Position numbers and translations under genes: made by a program. The notes under the pieces were generated by a model. The model was given only the letters and a program-made list of their open reading frames with translations. It made no database searches and was not told the origin of the DNA. A DNA stretch of 63,975 bases, the filler included, from Asterionella formosa (taxonomy: Eukaryota): assembly GCA_002256025.1 (NCBI GenBank). It is 7 parts of 7 records of this genome, joined end to end, with 100 filler letters (N's around TTAATTAATTAA, not from the genome) between each part and the next. Parts side by side here need not be neighbours in the genome. Positions count along the whole stretch, not along the records: positions 9,294 to 18,472 come from NKIB01010990.1; positions 18,573 to 27,750 come from NKIB01010992.1; 5 more parts are not named here. One strand, written 5' to 3'. Below are positions 12,243-25,581 of the stretch, piece after piece (within the stretch, counting starts at the first letter, position 1; the number at the start of each line of letters is the position of its first letter).

Positions 12243-14335
12243 TCAATCTTCATAATTGTCAATCCATCGTTTCAAGTCTCCCTCAGCAAAGCACTCATCT
12301 CCATCAAACATTTCCTCATCAGCCACAAAGCACTGAAGGACTGTCGAAATGCCCATATCAAAGACATCCAAAAACATATCACTTACAAAGTAGGAAATGA
12401 TAAAGACCAGTACTGTGGGTCCTGCGATGCTGTACAATTCATCCCCGATCAATTCATTCATGGCATAATATGAAAATCCAGTTGTAACAGAACTAATGAA
12501 GAATTTGCCCACAATCAAAATAGCACCCGATACATATGTAATGGCGCCAATCCGACCAATGTTACGTAAAATCAAGAAAAAAGCTTCACGTGCACTCTTG
12601 CAAAAGGAAGTTCCAAAAATTGCTGTTTGGATATATGCATTCTTGTTGAGGAAACGGATGCACTGTTCAAAACACCACAAGCAACACTGACAACAGCACA
12701 AAAGTGTATTGGCGATGCTGCTGTTGGCTTTCTTAACTTCCTTTTGAATCTTGGCCAAAATGGAACGAATCAATTGGACAATTGCCAGAATGAGTGATCC
12801 ATATGCACAGGTTCCCAAATGGTAAAGCAAGGTGTCATAAAGCGAACCCCATACAGTTCCAGAGTTGATCTCACTCTTGTCCCTTGTAAAGTACCACTTC
12901 GCAACACACATGGCCATTACCATATCGCCAACGGCAACAATAAAGTTTCCAGTCCTAGAAGGAAGGAAGGAAAGAAAAGAGTGATGAAAGCTACATGTGA
13001 GCAATCCTCCATGCATATGTGTCATAAATTCAAAGTATCATATCTCTTGCCCACTGTCATGAATGTATCTACCTACCAAAACAAACAAAATAACAAATAC
13101 CATCCACAATTCTCGGTAAAGTCATCAAACTCCCACGTGCGAACAGAAATGGTCAAACCTGACAAATTCAATGGAAACTCTTGTGTAACAATTTTTCCCA
13201 AAGATGCTAGGTAGACTCCATAGACAGTCCAAATGACCAAGAAAGCTATAAGTCCTGTCGCTTGTAGGATAGGGACAGTCATGATCATTGGCATCTTTGT
13301 GACAGCCTTGCCCGCTTCTTTGACACAACCAATGGCCAATTGAATGGCCTTTCGTAGACAACACATGAGTAGAAACAAAATGGCACCAATGATAAATAAG
13401 ACATAGGATATCCACCGTGTGGCGGAGATAGCGGAGTCTGTTTGCACTTGTGGAACTTCCGTATCCCAATAGTTGGCTTGGGAGTACAGATAATATCCCG
13501 AAATCGTAAACATGGCAATGGTCAAAAAGATCGACGTCCAAATGACAAAACTCAATAGGAAAGGAATACGCAAAATATAAATGTATCCAAAGCTCACCAA
13601 GAGTGCCACTCCAAAGCCAAATCCAAGAATATAAGCCTTGGCAATGTACATATCAGCATACAATTGGTTCCAAAATTTAGTCGAATCAGAAGAACCACTC
13701 AATGTTGTATTTGCTTGAGTCACAGCATCGATTTGTGTGGCTGCAGCAGCTGTAATTGTACATCGTTGCACCACAGGATATGAATCTGCCACGTAGTAGG
13801 CATATCCATACCCTTTACTGACCCCCTCTGATGACCACGATTCGACTGGATTGTCTGATGGAATGCACTTAGCTAACGTACACGTCAATGAATCATTGGA
13901 GGACGAGTAATCAGCAATTTGAATTTGTTCCGCCGTCACTTGGGATTGGTTGGTTAAAAACAATCCTCCATAGGTGATCATAGAAAAGACATCTGAGTTG
14001 TTGTTTGCAACAATCCCTTCCAGGGCAGGACAAGATTTCATGCACACCCCACCTCCATAATTATTAATGTAATACAAATATGGATAGTTGGTCATGTCCG
14101 CTGCAAATGTAGTCCCGCAAATGTTCCCATCGTAATCCAGGGGATATAAGACAATGCGATAATCTCCGTTGGCAATGGAATAAGCGCCAACTCCTGTCAT
14201 GGCCACCCACGAGGCAAGCAACAAGAGGGAGCAAAGAATGTCAGTGCAATGGCGGTTTCCGGTAGGTCCTTGAAAATCAGCGTTTGCGACCAGTTTTTCA
14301 CCCATGTCTTCGTCATCGTCCTTGAATCGAGTCAT
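12243..14335 (-). CDS. Choline transporter-like protein (CTL/SLC44 family), 2 exons (14335-13077, 12954-12243)
   Basis: RHCTDI, PLDYDGNICG, YHLGTCAYGSLI, FLNKNAYIQTAIFGTSFC, TVLQCFVADEE. GT-AG intron 12955-13076 joins the frames (LFW-TGNF). Confidence 0.93.
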
Positions 14336-14968
14336 AATGATAGTGTGGTGTGACTGTGTGCTTTAGAGAAGGTCTTTATGTCTGTTTGTATACAATAATG
14401 GCAGTGATTTGAGTGAGTGCGAGACAGGAAAAAATCAACGCATGGGATCACGACTCGGACCGGCTCGGTTCCAAACAAGAATCGAGCTCTTGGAGCCAAG
14501 ATTATGCAAGGGTGTGTGGTTGTCATGGAAAGCACCACAGAGACGGATCTTCCTTCTTTGTAGATGTCGTACCTGGTACCTTGCTGTTGGAAAGAGGAGT
14601 TCAATCAATGATTGATTACTTAACCTAGACTACTACTATGAAAAGACTGTACAGGGCACCTGTACCCTGGTACCTGGTACCTGGTACCTGGCGCTCTTGC
14701 AATGGATCTATAAGCAAGCAAATGCAGGATGTGAAGGCATTATTACGATATGTATTATGTATGCTCAGATTTCGAATACCGGTACCGGTACCCGGTTCTT
14801 CAGATTCATTTTTGTATGTATGTAAATTATGTATACATACTAACAATACTACCAGGTACTATGCTGGGCGCGCTTCGAAATCAAAAAAAAATTGGGTGCG
14901 CTCGGATAATTTTTTTTTTAAAATATCATGTGTGTATCACAACACAAATTATTTTAGTTTGCTTTCTA

Positions 14969-15387
14969 GCCCATTTGTACTTCCCTCTTTCAAGGCAAGT
15001 ATTTCATTGTGTTACCTGCTGACAAGACCTGTGCTTCCCTAGTTTTGTTAGCACAGGTGAGTCCCCAACCACCTTTTGCAAAAAATGATCATCTCAGACA
15101 CAGCATTAGGGAAAACTCCAACTGCCTAGGAAGGCGGCAAAAGCTGCTTGTAGGGGGACAGCCCACTATTTCTTGCACAGCAGGCAAGACCATGTGGGAC
15201 TGTGAGGGTTGAACCCAACAATTGCTTCTCAAAAAGTGCGGGAATCAAACACCTCACAACCTCACCTTTTGCAAAAGGTGATTGCTGGGGAACCACCTGC
15301 TACGCTAACAAAACTAGGAAAGCACAGGTCTTGTCAGCAGGTAGCACAATGAAAGACTTGCCTAGAAATAGGGGAGTACAAATGGGC
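14969..15387. mobile_element. 419-bp MITE with ~120-bp imperfect TIRs and TA flanks
   Basis: GCCCATTTGTAC...GTACAAATGGGC ends. 14969-15090 is an imperfect reverse complement of ~15265-15387. TA at 14967-14968 and 15388-15389. Confidence 0.85.
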
Positions 15388-15763
15388 TATAAAACATACT
15401 AACTTTTTAATTGGCAAGAAGGCAATCAGGGGATAGTGGTTGCGTCTGTTCATGCATATACTTTATAGGAATAAAGATCATTTAGAAAATCTATTTATGT
15501 TTGCAAGTTCTAATTGTTGTGAGCAAATTTTAGCTAGTCATTGTCAGCAAATCCTAGTCCTTTTCAGCTAGTTCTAAATGTAAAAAGAGATGATGCCTAT
15601 ATGTATTCCAAAGCTAGAAGATGGTTCGCTGAACTGGTCCATCAGTCAGAAAATCTGATTCATGTTCAGAGACTGATTCTACAAATCATTATTGTTCAAC
15701 AAGAGTAATGTTTTCCTAAACTATTTAAGGAATATTATTACCATTGTTGAAAGCTGGCCTATC

Positions 15764-16165
15764 TTATCCAGCAGTCATGGGACAAATCAATGGGAGTGGA
15801 TATTGTTGTACCAAGAAATTCAATACTTGAAGTGGTGAACTTCTCTCACATGCATAGTGCAAAGGAAGTTTTTCCTGATAATCGATTTCCTTGAAAGAAT
15901 AAGGATATTGTTGGACCAAGAATTTCACAACTTCAAGTGGTGCAATATTTTCACATGAAAAGTGCAGAGGATGTTTTCCCTGATAATCCCTTTCCTTGAC
16001 AGAATCAGGATATTGTAGGACCAAAAATTCCAACACTTGAAGTGGTGCATGATTTTTAGATGCTAAGTGCAAAGGAAGTTTTCCCTGATTGTTGTTTCTT
16101 TGACAGAATCAGGATACTGTCGGACCAAGAATTTCAAAACAAGTGGTGCTTTTTTTTCACATGCT
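15764..16165 (-). pseudogene. Ankyrin-repeat fragment (35-aa / 105-bp repeats), frameshifted and truncated
   Basis: Repeated LPLH.AC...APLQV..FLVQQYPDSVKE.DYQGK units. The upstream unit is out of frame and there is no start context. Confidence 0.7.
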
Positions 16166-16522
16166 ACGACGACTGATGGGGGTGGGTCATACATCCTACG
16201 AATTTACATCAAAGTAGCAATCTCTTAAGCATTTGCTTTGAGTTTGTATATGATATATTCAGTATAAACCGGTATTCCAAAAATAGTCTCAATACTTGAG
16301 CTACACTAACGGAAATCCATATTCTTTGTAGAGTACCTACCGGTAATACCGGTAGTGTAACCTTGGCCGCGAGACAAACTCCACCATCAGACAAGATCAC
16401 CACTTGCTTACAACAATGTAGTGAATGGATCTAATGCTCAAAATGGCTTTCATCATCTACAGGCTCTTCCTTAACTTCTATCATTTGTAACAATATATCA
16501 TAAATACATACATCCATAGACC

Positions 16523-17321
16523 ATGACGATACGTTCAGACGACGACAATGAAGGAGACGGTCTCCGCTTCCTATATCATCGCTATCCTTCAAGTATGGAG
16601 GAACCTGTACGAAAACTTCAAACGATTACCGGTACTCCTAGTAGACAAACGTCGTACAATTATTCGACGCCGACACCGTTATGGAGACAAAGTGTCACAA
16701 CTGGCATTTTATTTGGAGCCACCATCCTTGCAATTATTCTCATTCATTTTCGAGGTACGCTGCTTTGACAAATACATCATTCAGTTCACAGCAAAAACAC
16801 CTCACACCCCTTTCTATTTATTTGACAATATAAATAACACCGGTCTGATAGTTCCCATTCTTGATTGGCTACGATTTCAGTATGATCGGATTGAACGATT
16901 CCTCCATCGCCTTTACTTATCAAACTACTTATCAAATGACAGGATTGCAACAACTCGGATGGCAACGATCAATCAACAGCAGCAACAACATCGAGTTACT
17001 CATCGAAATCGACAAAGGAGTCGTACGCATTCCATGCCAGATTTAGTTCCACTCCTCTTGTCCTCACCTTGTACTACAACAACAATGTCGGGAGTTGGTC
17101 CTAGTAATAATGAACTACAGGAGCAATCAACAACAACAACACTGGAACCTGCATTCGAACAAGATTCCATGTATCCACTTGGATGGTTGGTATATCATCC
17201 AATAGTAGGGGTAATTACAAAGACAGAAGCGGATGCATTGGAACAACAAGTGTGTTGTAAAGAACAGGAGGCAACGAAGGATAACAGTTATGATGAAGAC
17301 TTGGCAATTGATACCATTTAA
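16523..17321 (+). CDS. Hypothetical single-TM protein, 2 exons (16523-16754, 16852-17321)
   Basis: ATG at 16523; TM segment GILFGATILAIILIHF; GT-AG intron 16755-16851 joins into the VPILDWL frame; conserved-looking YPLGWLVYHPIVGVI motif. Confidence 0.7.
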
Positions 17322-17582
17322 AGAACCTCATCATTGAAAGTGGAGACGAAAGAAATCGAGTCTGACAGTACAAGTTCATAAGTGGATTCGTCAGAAATGC
17401 CGACAACGAGCAATTAAAGAACGGTGAACCAACCACACGAAGAGTCTGTGGAACGTATCTGATATCGACGACACATGCAACAACAGGTATACCTACTTAG
17501 AATCGAATTTCCCCAGCCAATTTAGTTGTCTTTTCTTCGGCATATTCACTGTACTTTCTTGTTCCTTTTGTATATACACATA

Positions 17583-18332
17583 TTAATAGTGTCCCAGAAA
17601 ACGAGCCAATCTTTCTTCTCCTGTCATGACGTCTCCCACCTCCTCCAGATATGCGGTTGCTTTTTTACCCTCATTGTCCCGAGATACAATGGCCTGTTCC
17701 GTTCGGGACAATCCACCGCCAAGTCCTTGTTGAATGGTAGCAACTGTGCTTTGAAATAATTCTACAGATGATGGCAATTTTTGTTCCATCACCTCCAATG
17801 CCATGACCAGTTCTTGCCACACTTGGGTGATTCTTTCATAGCACTGCGGCATAGTCGTAGGGTCGTCTCGTTGTTCTTTTTGATTTGTCATTGGCATCGT
17901 TGTTTCTGAACGGAACATTACTTGATGAGCAGTTGTCATGTCAATCACTTTGCTCAAAGTATCCTTCTGAAGGATTGAAAGCCGTGCGGCAGTCTCGCGA
18001 ACTTGGTTGCGTAATACACGAGCACGTTCCAATGCTTGCATATCGAACAGTTCGTCGTCGTCCATCCTACTCATATTGTCGTCGTCAGATTCATCATCAA
18101 TGCTACTAGTAGTGCTACTTGTTGTTGATCTCATGTACTCCCCATAGTCTTCATCAGGAAGCACTTGAACCACTTTCATAAGATTGGTGCGAATCGATGA
18201 GGACGCATTTTGGTAAAGATTCCGTTGAGATGGACTCTCACAAGTAACGCAGGATTGGTTCAGTTTGTTGTCCATTGCGGTCAACACAGCTCGAATGTCA
18301 GATTCGGGAACGACATTGTTATGGCTTGTCAT
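17583..18332 (-). CDS. Hypothetical coiled-coil protein, possibly Nsl1/Mis14-like kinetochore component
   Basis: 249-aa ORF with an acidic linker followed by ELFDMQALERARVLRNQVRE. The family assignment is tentative. Confidence 0.6.
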   Translation of the reverse strand: MTSHNNVVPESDIRAVLTAMDNKLNQSCVTCESPSQRNLYQNASSSIRTNLMKVVQVLPDEDYGEYMRSTTSSTTSSIDDESDDDNMSRMDDDELFDMQALERARVLRNQVRETAARLSILQKDTLSKVIDMTTAHQVMFRSETTMPMTNQKEQRDDPTTMPQCYERITQVWQELVMALEVMEQKLPSSVELFQSTVATIQQGLGGGLSRTEQAIVSRDNEGKKATAYLEEVGDVMTGEERLARFLGHY

Positions 18333-18572
18333 TTCTTAGCTAGTGATGAAGATGGATGTTTGCTGTGGGAGCGATGTGGAACTCTTTGATTGAACAATCT
18401 ATTTTGAACCACGGCTTCAATCGTGATGTGAGGACTGACCTGTCTGTTGTCGTTTGTTCAAGGAAGGAATACNNNNNNNNNNNNNNNNNNNNNNNNNNNN
18501 NNNNNNNNNNNNNNNNTTAATTAATTAANNNNNNNNNNNNNNNNNNNNNNNNNNNNNNNNNNNNNNNNNNNN

Positions 18573-20983
<2,411 letters not shown>

Positions 20984-21920
20984 GGTCAACGTAAAGAGAC
21001 TGACAAGAGAGATTCGTGGCCAGAAACGCTGAACTGACAAGATATCGAACAGGTCGTTGGTGGTGGCTAGGAAAATAATGTAAACACGACGATGTTCTTT
21101 GCGTTCCGATATCTAATGTCAAAATGTCAGACGACAATGTACAATGTACCAGTGTTTGTACACCTGTGGCGGTAGGATCTTTTCTAGGCAGAAGAACAAC
21201 CGGAAAAAGGGGCAGGAGTGCCATCTGGACAATGGTGTCATTGCATTCTTTTACGACAATATAAACTTCAGTGATTGCTTCATGCATACGACATGAAATT
21301 CTTTTATTGAATATGAAATATGGCTACCGGTACATACGACTGGGATTAACCAATTTATTTCTAAATGCCAGTACCAGGTACCGTTGGCAGTTTCCTTACA
21401 CATCATGTACCAGGGGTACCAGGATACCTCGTCAGGTACCTGGTACCGGGTACTGGTATATGGTAGTGGTAGTAAGTGACTGGAGGAATACCCGTAACGT
21501 CCTTTGTGGTGAGGGGCAATCCAACCTAGTATGGTATCTGATAAACTTGTAAACTTGGGATCAATGTATAGACCTCTATGTACGAATGCGCTCTAACAAA
21601 GCACAGCAAGGAAACAAACATGTTGCTAGTTTCATGCTGGACACTTTGGTTCAACCAAAGCAAAGTGGGAGTTATTGGTAGGCAACATTGAACGACAGCA
21701 GTGTATACCACTTGGCAGAAATCGTGAAAGTAACTGTCTACCATAGTCCTTAAGGCATTGGTGTGTAGGCGAACTCCTGAAATCTTCCAACACTCGAGAA
21801 ATGCAACTTTAGTTAGTTTAATTATACATAGGTAGAAAATATAGGATAAAACCTAAACCTCGAGACTGCTTGTAGCAATAATTAATTCAAAGAGAAGTCG
21901 AATTCTGCCTAGACACGAAT

Positions 21921-22637
21921 TCAAGGATTCTTCGGGTTTTTCGCTCCAAACATGGAAGGGAAGGTCGATGGCTCTGAAAAGGATGGAGGAAATGTCGGTA
22001 ATGTCCGTGGCTCGGGGGGACTACTGTAAGTTGTCAACGGAGAGAGCGACGGAGGAAAGGATGGCGAGGGAGCAGGTGGCGAGGGAGCAGGTGGCGAGGG
22101 AGCAGGTGGAGATGTAGTTGTCGGAACCTTATAATATGTAGGCGATAAGGTTGTACTTGTGGCTGCCTTATTCGACCCTTGTGACGAATTTGGAGAGCTG
22201 TTGTCAATCGAACCTGTCATCCCTAAAGACAAGATAACAACGACTGCAGCTCCAACCAGCAGGGCCAAGCTGAGAGCAATGACAACCTTGACCCACGGTT
22301 GGGATTCGGTAATCCATGTAGGACAGCAAGTAGATACAATGCCGTTCCGTGTACGTGCAATCGGCATTTTTCCTTTCCCAAATCCGCTATTACTCCCAAT
22401 TGTCGTCCCGATGGGATCCGTGGGCGGATCGCCATCAGCCACAACTCGAAAAACACTTGGTTGCTCTGCTCCTCCACCTCCATACACAGAAGTGTTGATA
22501 CTTGAAACATCATCATCATGATAATAAGAATCTCCGGGAATCTGAACCGACTCTCCATTTAATGAAACTCCATCCCCTCCAAGGATGTCCTCATCTGCTA
22601 CCCCACCTTCGTAAGGGAGTCTGTAGCGACCATACAT
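21921..22637 (-). CDS. Hypothetical single-pass membrane protein with Pro/Ser/Thr-rich tail
   Basis: 238-aa ORF; CCPTWI followed by a TM helix; (PPAPS)x3 repeats. Confidence 0.7.
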   Translation of the reverse strand: MYGRYRLPYEGGVADEDILGGDGVSLNGESVQIPGDSYYHDDDVSSINTSVYGGGGAEQPSVFRVVADGDPPTDPIGTTIGSNSGFGKGKMPIARTRNGIVSTCCPTWITESQPWVKVVIALSLALLVGAAVVVILSLGMTGSIDNSSPNSSQGSNKAATSTTLSPTYYKVPTTTSPPAPSPPAPSPPAPSPSFPPSLSPLTTYSSPPEPRTLPTFPPSFSEPSTFPSMFGAKNPKNP

Positions 22638-24163
22638 ATTTGCGTGGATCAGATTGAATGAAGGGTCGAATCAATTGACTTATTCTACTGTATTGCAGCG
22701 ATGTAAGACGTTGCCAAGCCGACTAAAGCGTTCCAAAAGGACAAGCGAACGCGGCAATGAAACAATCCCTCCTAATAACAAGATTGCATTTCCTTGTTGA
22801 TGACGAGGTCAACCACTGGGCGGTTGTACGACGATTTTCGTAAATGCCGCCCCCACACCTTGCATGCTGCAAACGTGATAATTATTTTGGCGGGATCTCC
22901 ATCCGGCGCGCTTATCTCGTTTTGAAGTGATTCAATCGTCAATCAGGCTCCATTTGCCAAAAATTGACTGGACAACGTATCTCCTCATACTAATGAAGAT
23001 TGATTCCCATATACGTAAATGTTTCAAAATTCGGAATTTCGGCCGCCTTTTGGGGTACCGGTACTTGAGGAGGTTTATACTATTGCTGCTCTTGTGTGCC
23101 ACGAGATCGTATGTACAGAGCATCCTGTTCATGGTACTGAGTACCTGGTACGTGATATGACCATACCTGGTACCACTGGCGGTACTGGTACCAAGTACTT
23201 GCTCGTTCAGTAATGAATGTTACAGGTGTTGGCGGTTGCATGAAAATTTAAAATCATCGCTCCTCAAGCATGAATACCCAGTGTACCTACCTGCAGCAAG
23301 TTGCGGTCATTTTGCTTAAATCAACAATTTAATCTTGGATAAAGATAGCTAAATCTTTGGTTCAACAAAATTACCGCAACTTGCTGGAACCAGTTACGGT
23401 ACCGGTACGGTNNNNNNNNNNNNNNNNNNNNNNNNNNNNNNNNNNNNNNNNNNNNNNNNNNNNNNNNNNNNNNNNNNNNNNNNNNNNNNNNNNNNNNNNN
23501 NNNNNNNNNNNNNNNNNNNNNNNNNNNNNNNNNNNNNNNNNNNNNNNNNNNNNNNNNNNNNNNNNNNNNNNNNNNNNNNNNNNNNNNNNNNNNNNNNNNN
23601 NNNNNNNNNNNNNNNNNNNNNNNNNNNNNNNNNNNNNNNNNNNNNNNNNNNNNNNNNNNNNNNNNNNNNNNNNNNNNNNNNNNNNNNNNNNNNNNNNNNN
23701 NNNNNNNNNNNNNNNNNNNNNNNNNNNNNNNNNNNNNNNNNNNNNNNNNNNNNNNNNNNNNNNNNNNNNNNNNNNNNNNNNNNNNNNNNNNNNNNNNNNN
23801 NNNNNCTATGCTTTCCTCCTCTTTCGCTCTAATTTTGTCAAGTGCCGGTATATACGAATACTACCGGTAGACTGTACAATAAAATGCACACCAAGTACTT
23901 TTTAGCACGTAGCTAGTTAGTATGGTTTTTAAAATGAAGAAGTCAGAGCGACTTCCTCAGGTTACCAGGTACTGGTACCACCGGAACATATATATATACA
24001 TATGTAAATACCGCAAATACTTACTACCAGGTACCTTATCTGCCTTAAATTCAGTCTATATACCCGGTACCATTTTCTAATGTTGTATACATGCCGGTAC
24101 ATGCCGGTACGTATGCTTCAATTGACCATTAATTAAGTGTCAATCAGACGAAATCAATCCAAG

Positions 24164-25324
24164 ATGGAATCTATGAAAATCGCGATAGTGGGATGCGGCC
24201 AAATCGTCACGCATCACATTGTCGCTCTTGCTGCCCTTGGTGGAACTGTCGAGGTGGTTGCCTTATGTGACCCCTCGGCGGAGCGACGCCGAATCATTGG
24301 AGATCTCCTTCCCCAAAGCTTGATTCCAGCATCGTTACCTGCGGAGTTTGCTTCGCTTGATGATCTCCTAGAGGATTTATCTGTTGCATGTTCCGTGGTG
24401 TTCATCGCTGTCCCACACGACCTCCATGATGCCATCGCAAAGCAGGCACTCGCTTCCGGGAAACACGTTGTTTTGGAAAAACCACTCGCTCCTACTCTGG
24501 AGAAATGCAGGAGCCTCCATGAAGTAGGTAAATCCTCGGAGGGGATGTTTATCGTTGCAGAACAGAGCCCGTATTGGCAAGAGGTGATCATGGCGAAGCA
24601 ACTATTGAAGGAAAAAATTCTTGGCCAACTAGTATCGGCTTCGTCATATTACTATGAGAGCATGCGTGATAACAAAACTTCTGGTACTGATGCAGACGGA
24701 GGGATGGGCTGGCGATGCTCACTGGAGCGATGCGGTGGTGGAGTTGTTATTGATGGTGGCCTCCATTGGTTGCGACCCCTGCGAGAGCTCTGCGGCGATA
24801 TTGAAAGTGTAATCGGAGTGACACGACGCAACCTGGAACCTGGCCTTTGTCTCGAAGGCGAGACTTTGGCACACGCCCTACTAAAGATGAAACAGACCGA
24901 CGATGTCGACTCCTATCTGAAGCAGCCGGATGGGTCGGGGCCGCTGATATGCACATTTAGTGCCACTATGATGCACACATCAGTGATGGCACATGACTCA
25001 TGCCCATACTTCAGGTTGACCGGGACACAGGGTGAACTCGTTATTTATGGTACTGGGCTCAACCCTAACGGAGGCGGTGGAATCCGACTGTACAATGATG
25101 AATTCCCAAATGGTCGTGATCTGTTTCCAGCCGATAGGCAAGGTGGCTTCTTCTTGGGATTCCAAGGCATGTGGAAGTCGATTGTGGATATCTTGCAACG
25201 AGGTGATCGTGCAGCCGCTGTCCGCACCGTCAGCGACGCAGCTGCCGACGTGGCAGTGGTACTTGCATTATATGCATCATCGGACAGTGGGCAATGGGAA
25301 GCGTGCGAATTGCTGGATCATTGA
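24164..25324 (+). CDS. Gfo/Idh/MocA family NAD(P)-dependent oxidoreductase
   Basis: KIAIVGCGQI Rossmann motif; AVPHDLH; GKHVVLEKP; GGGVVIDGGLHW. Confidence 0.92.
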   Translation: MESMKIAIVGCGQIVTHHIVALAALGGTVEVVALCDPSAERRRIIGDLLPQSLIPASLPAEFASLDDLLEDLSVACSVVFIAVPHDLHDAIAKQALASGKHVVLEKPLAPTLEKCRSLHEVGKSSEGMFIVAEQSPYWQEVIMAKQLLKEKILGQLVSASSYYYESMRDNKTSGTDADGGMGWRCSLERCGGGVVIDGGLHWLRPLRELCGDIESVIGVTRRNLEPGLCLEGETLAHALLKMKQTDDVDSYLKQPDGSGPLICTFSATMMHTSVMAHDSCPYFRLTGTQGELVIYGTGLNPNGGGGIRLYNDEFPNGRDLFPADRQGGFFLGFQGMWKSIVDILQRGDRAAAVRTVSDAAADVAVVLALYASSDSGQWEACELLDH

Positions 25325-25581
25325 TGATTTTGATCTTCCTTTTTTCTCGCATGTGTCATGCTTATACAAGGTGATTGGAGGCGCTGTTACGGTCAACCCA
25401 AATCGGAACAGCGGAGTTAAGTGTCATTTAGATTCTACGAAGACTCACTGTGCAAAGACGCTGACTGCAAACCCCCACAACCTACGGAATCCTGCTAAAT
25501 CAACTAGTGTGTCGGCTAATTAATGCACGAATTGACCACAAGTATGCTAGTTTACCATGAACTATATATCAATCCCTCGTT

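Noticed and set aside
11350..12262. ORFs around and through the N gap (also 23357-23905 and 41248-41881)
   Set aside because: Their length comes from N runs; the short real peptides show no recognisable motif.
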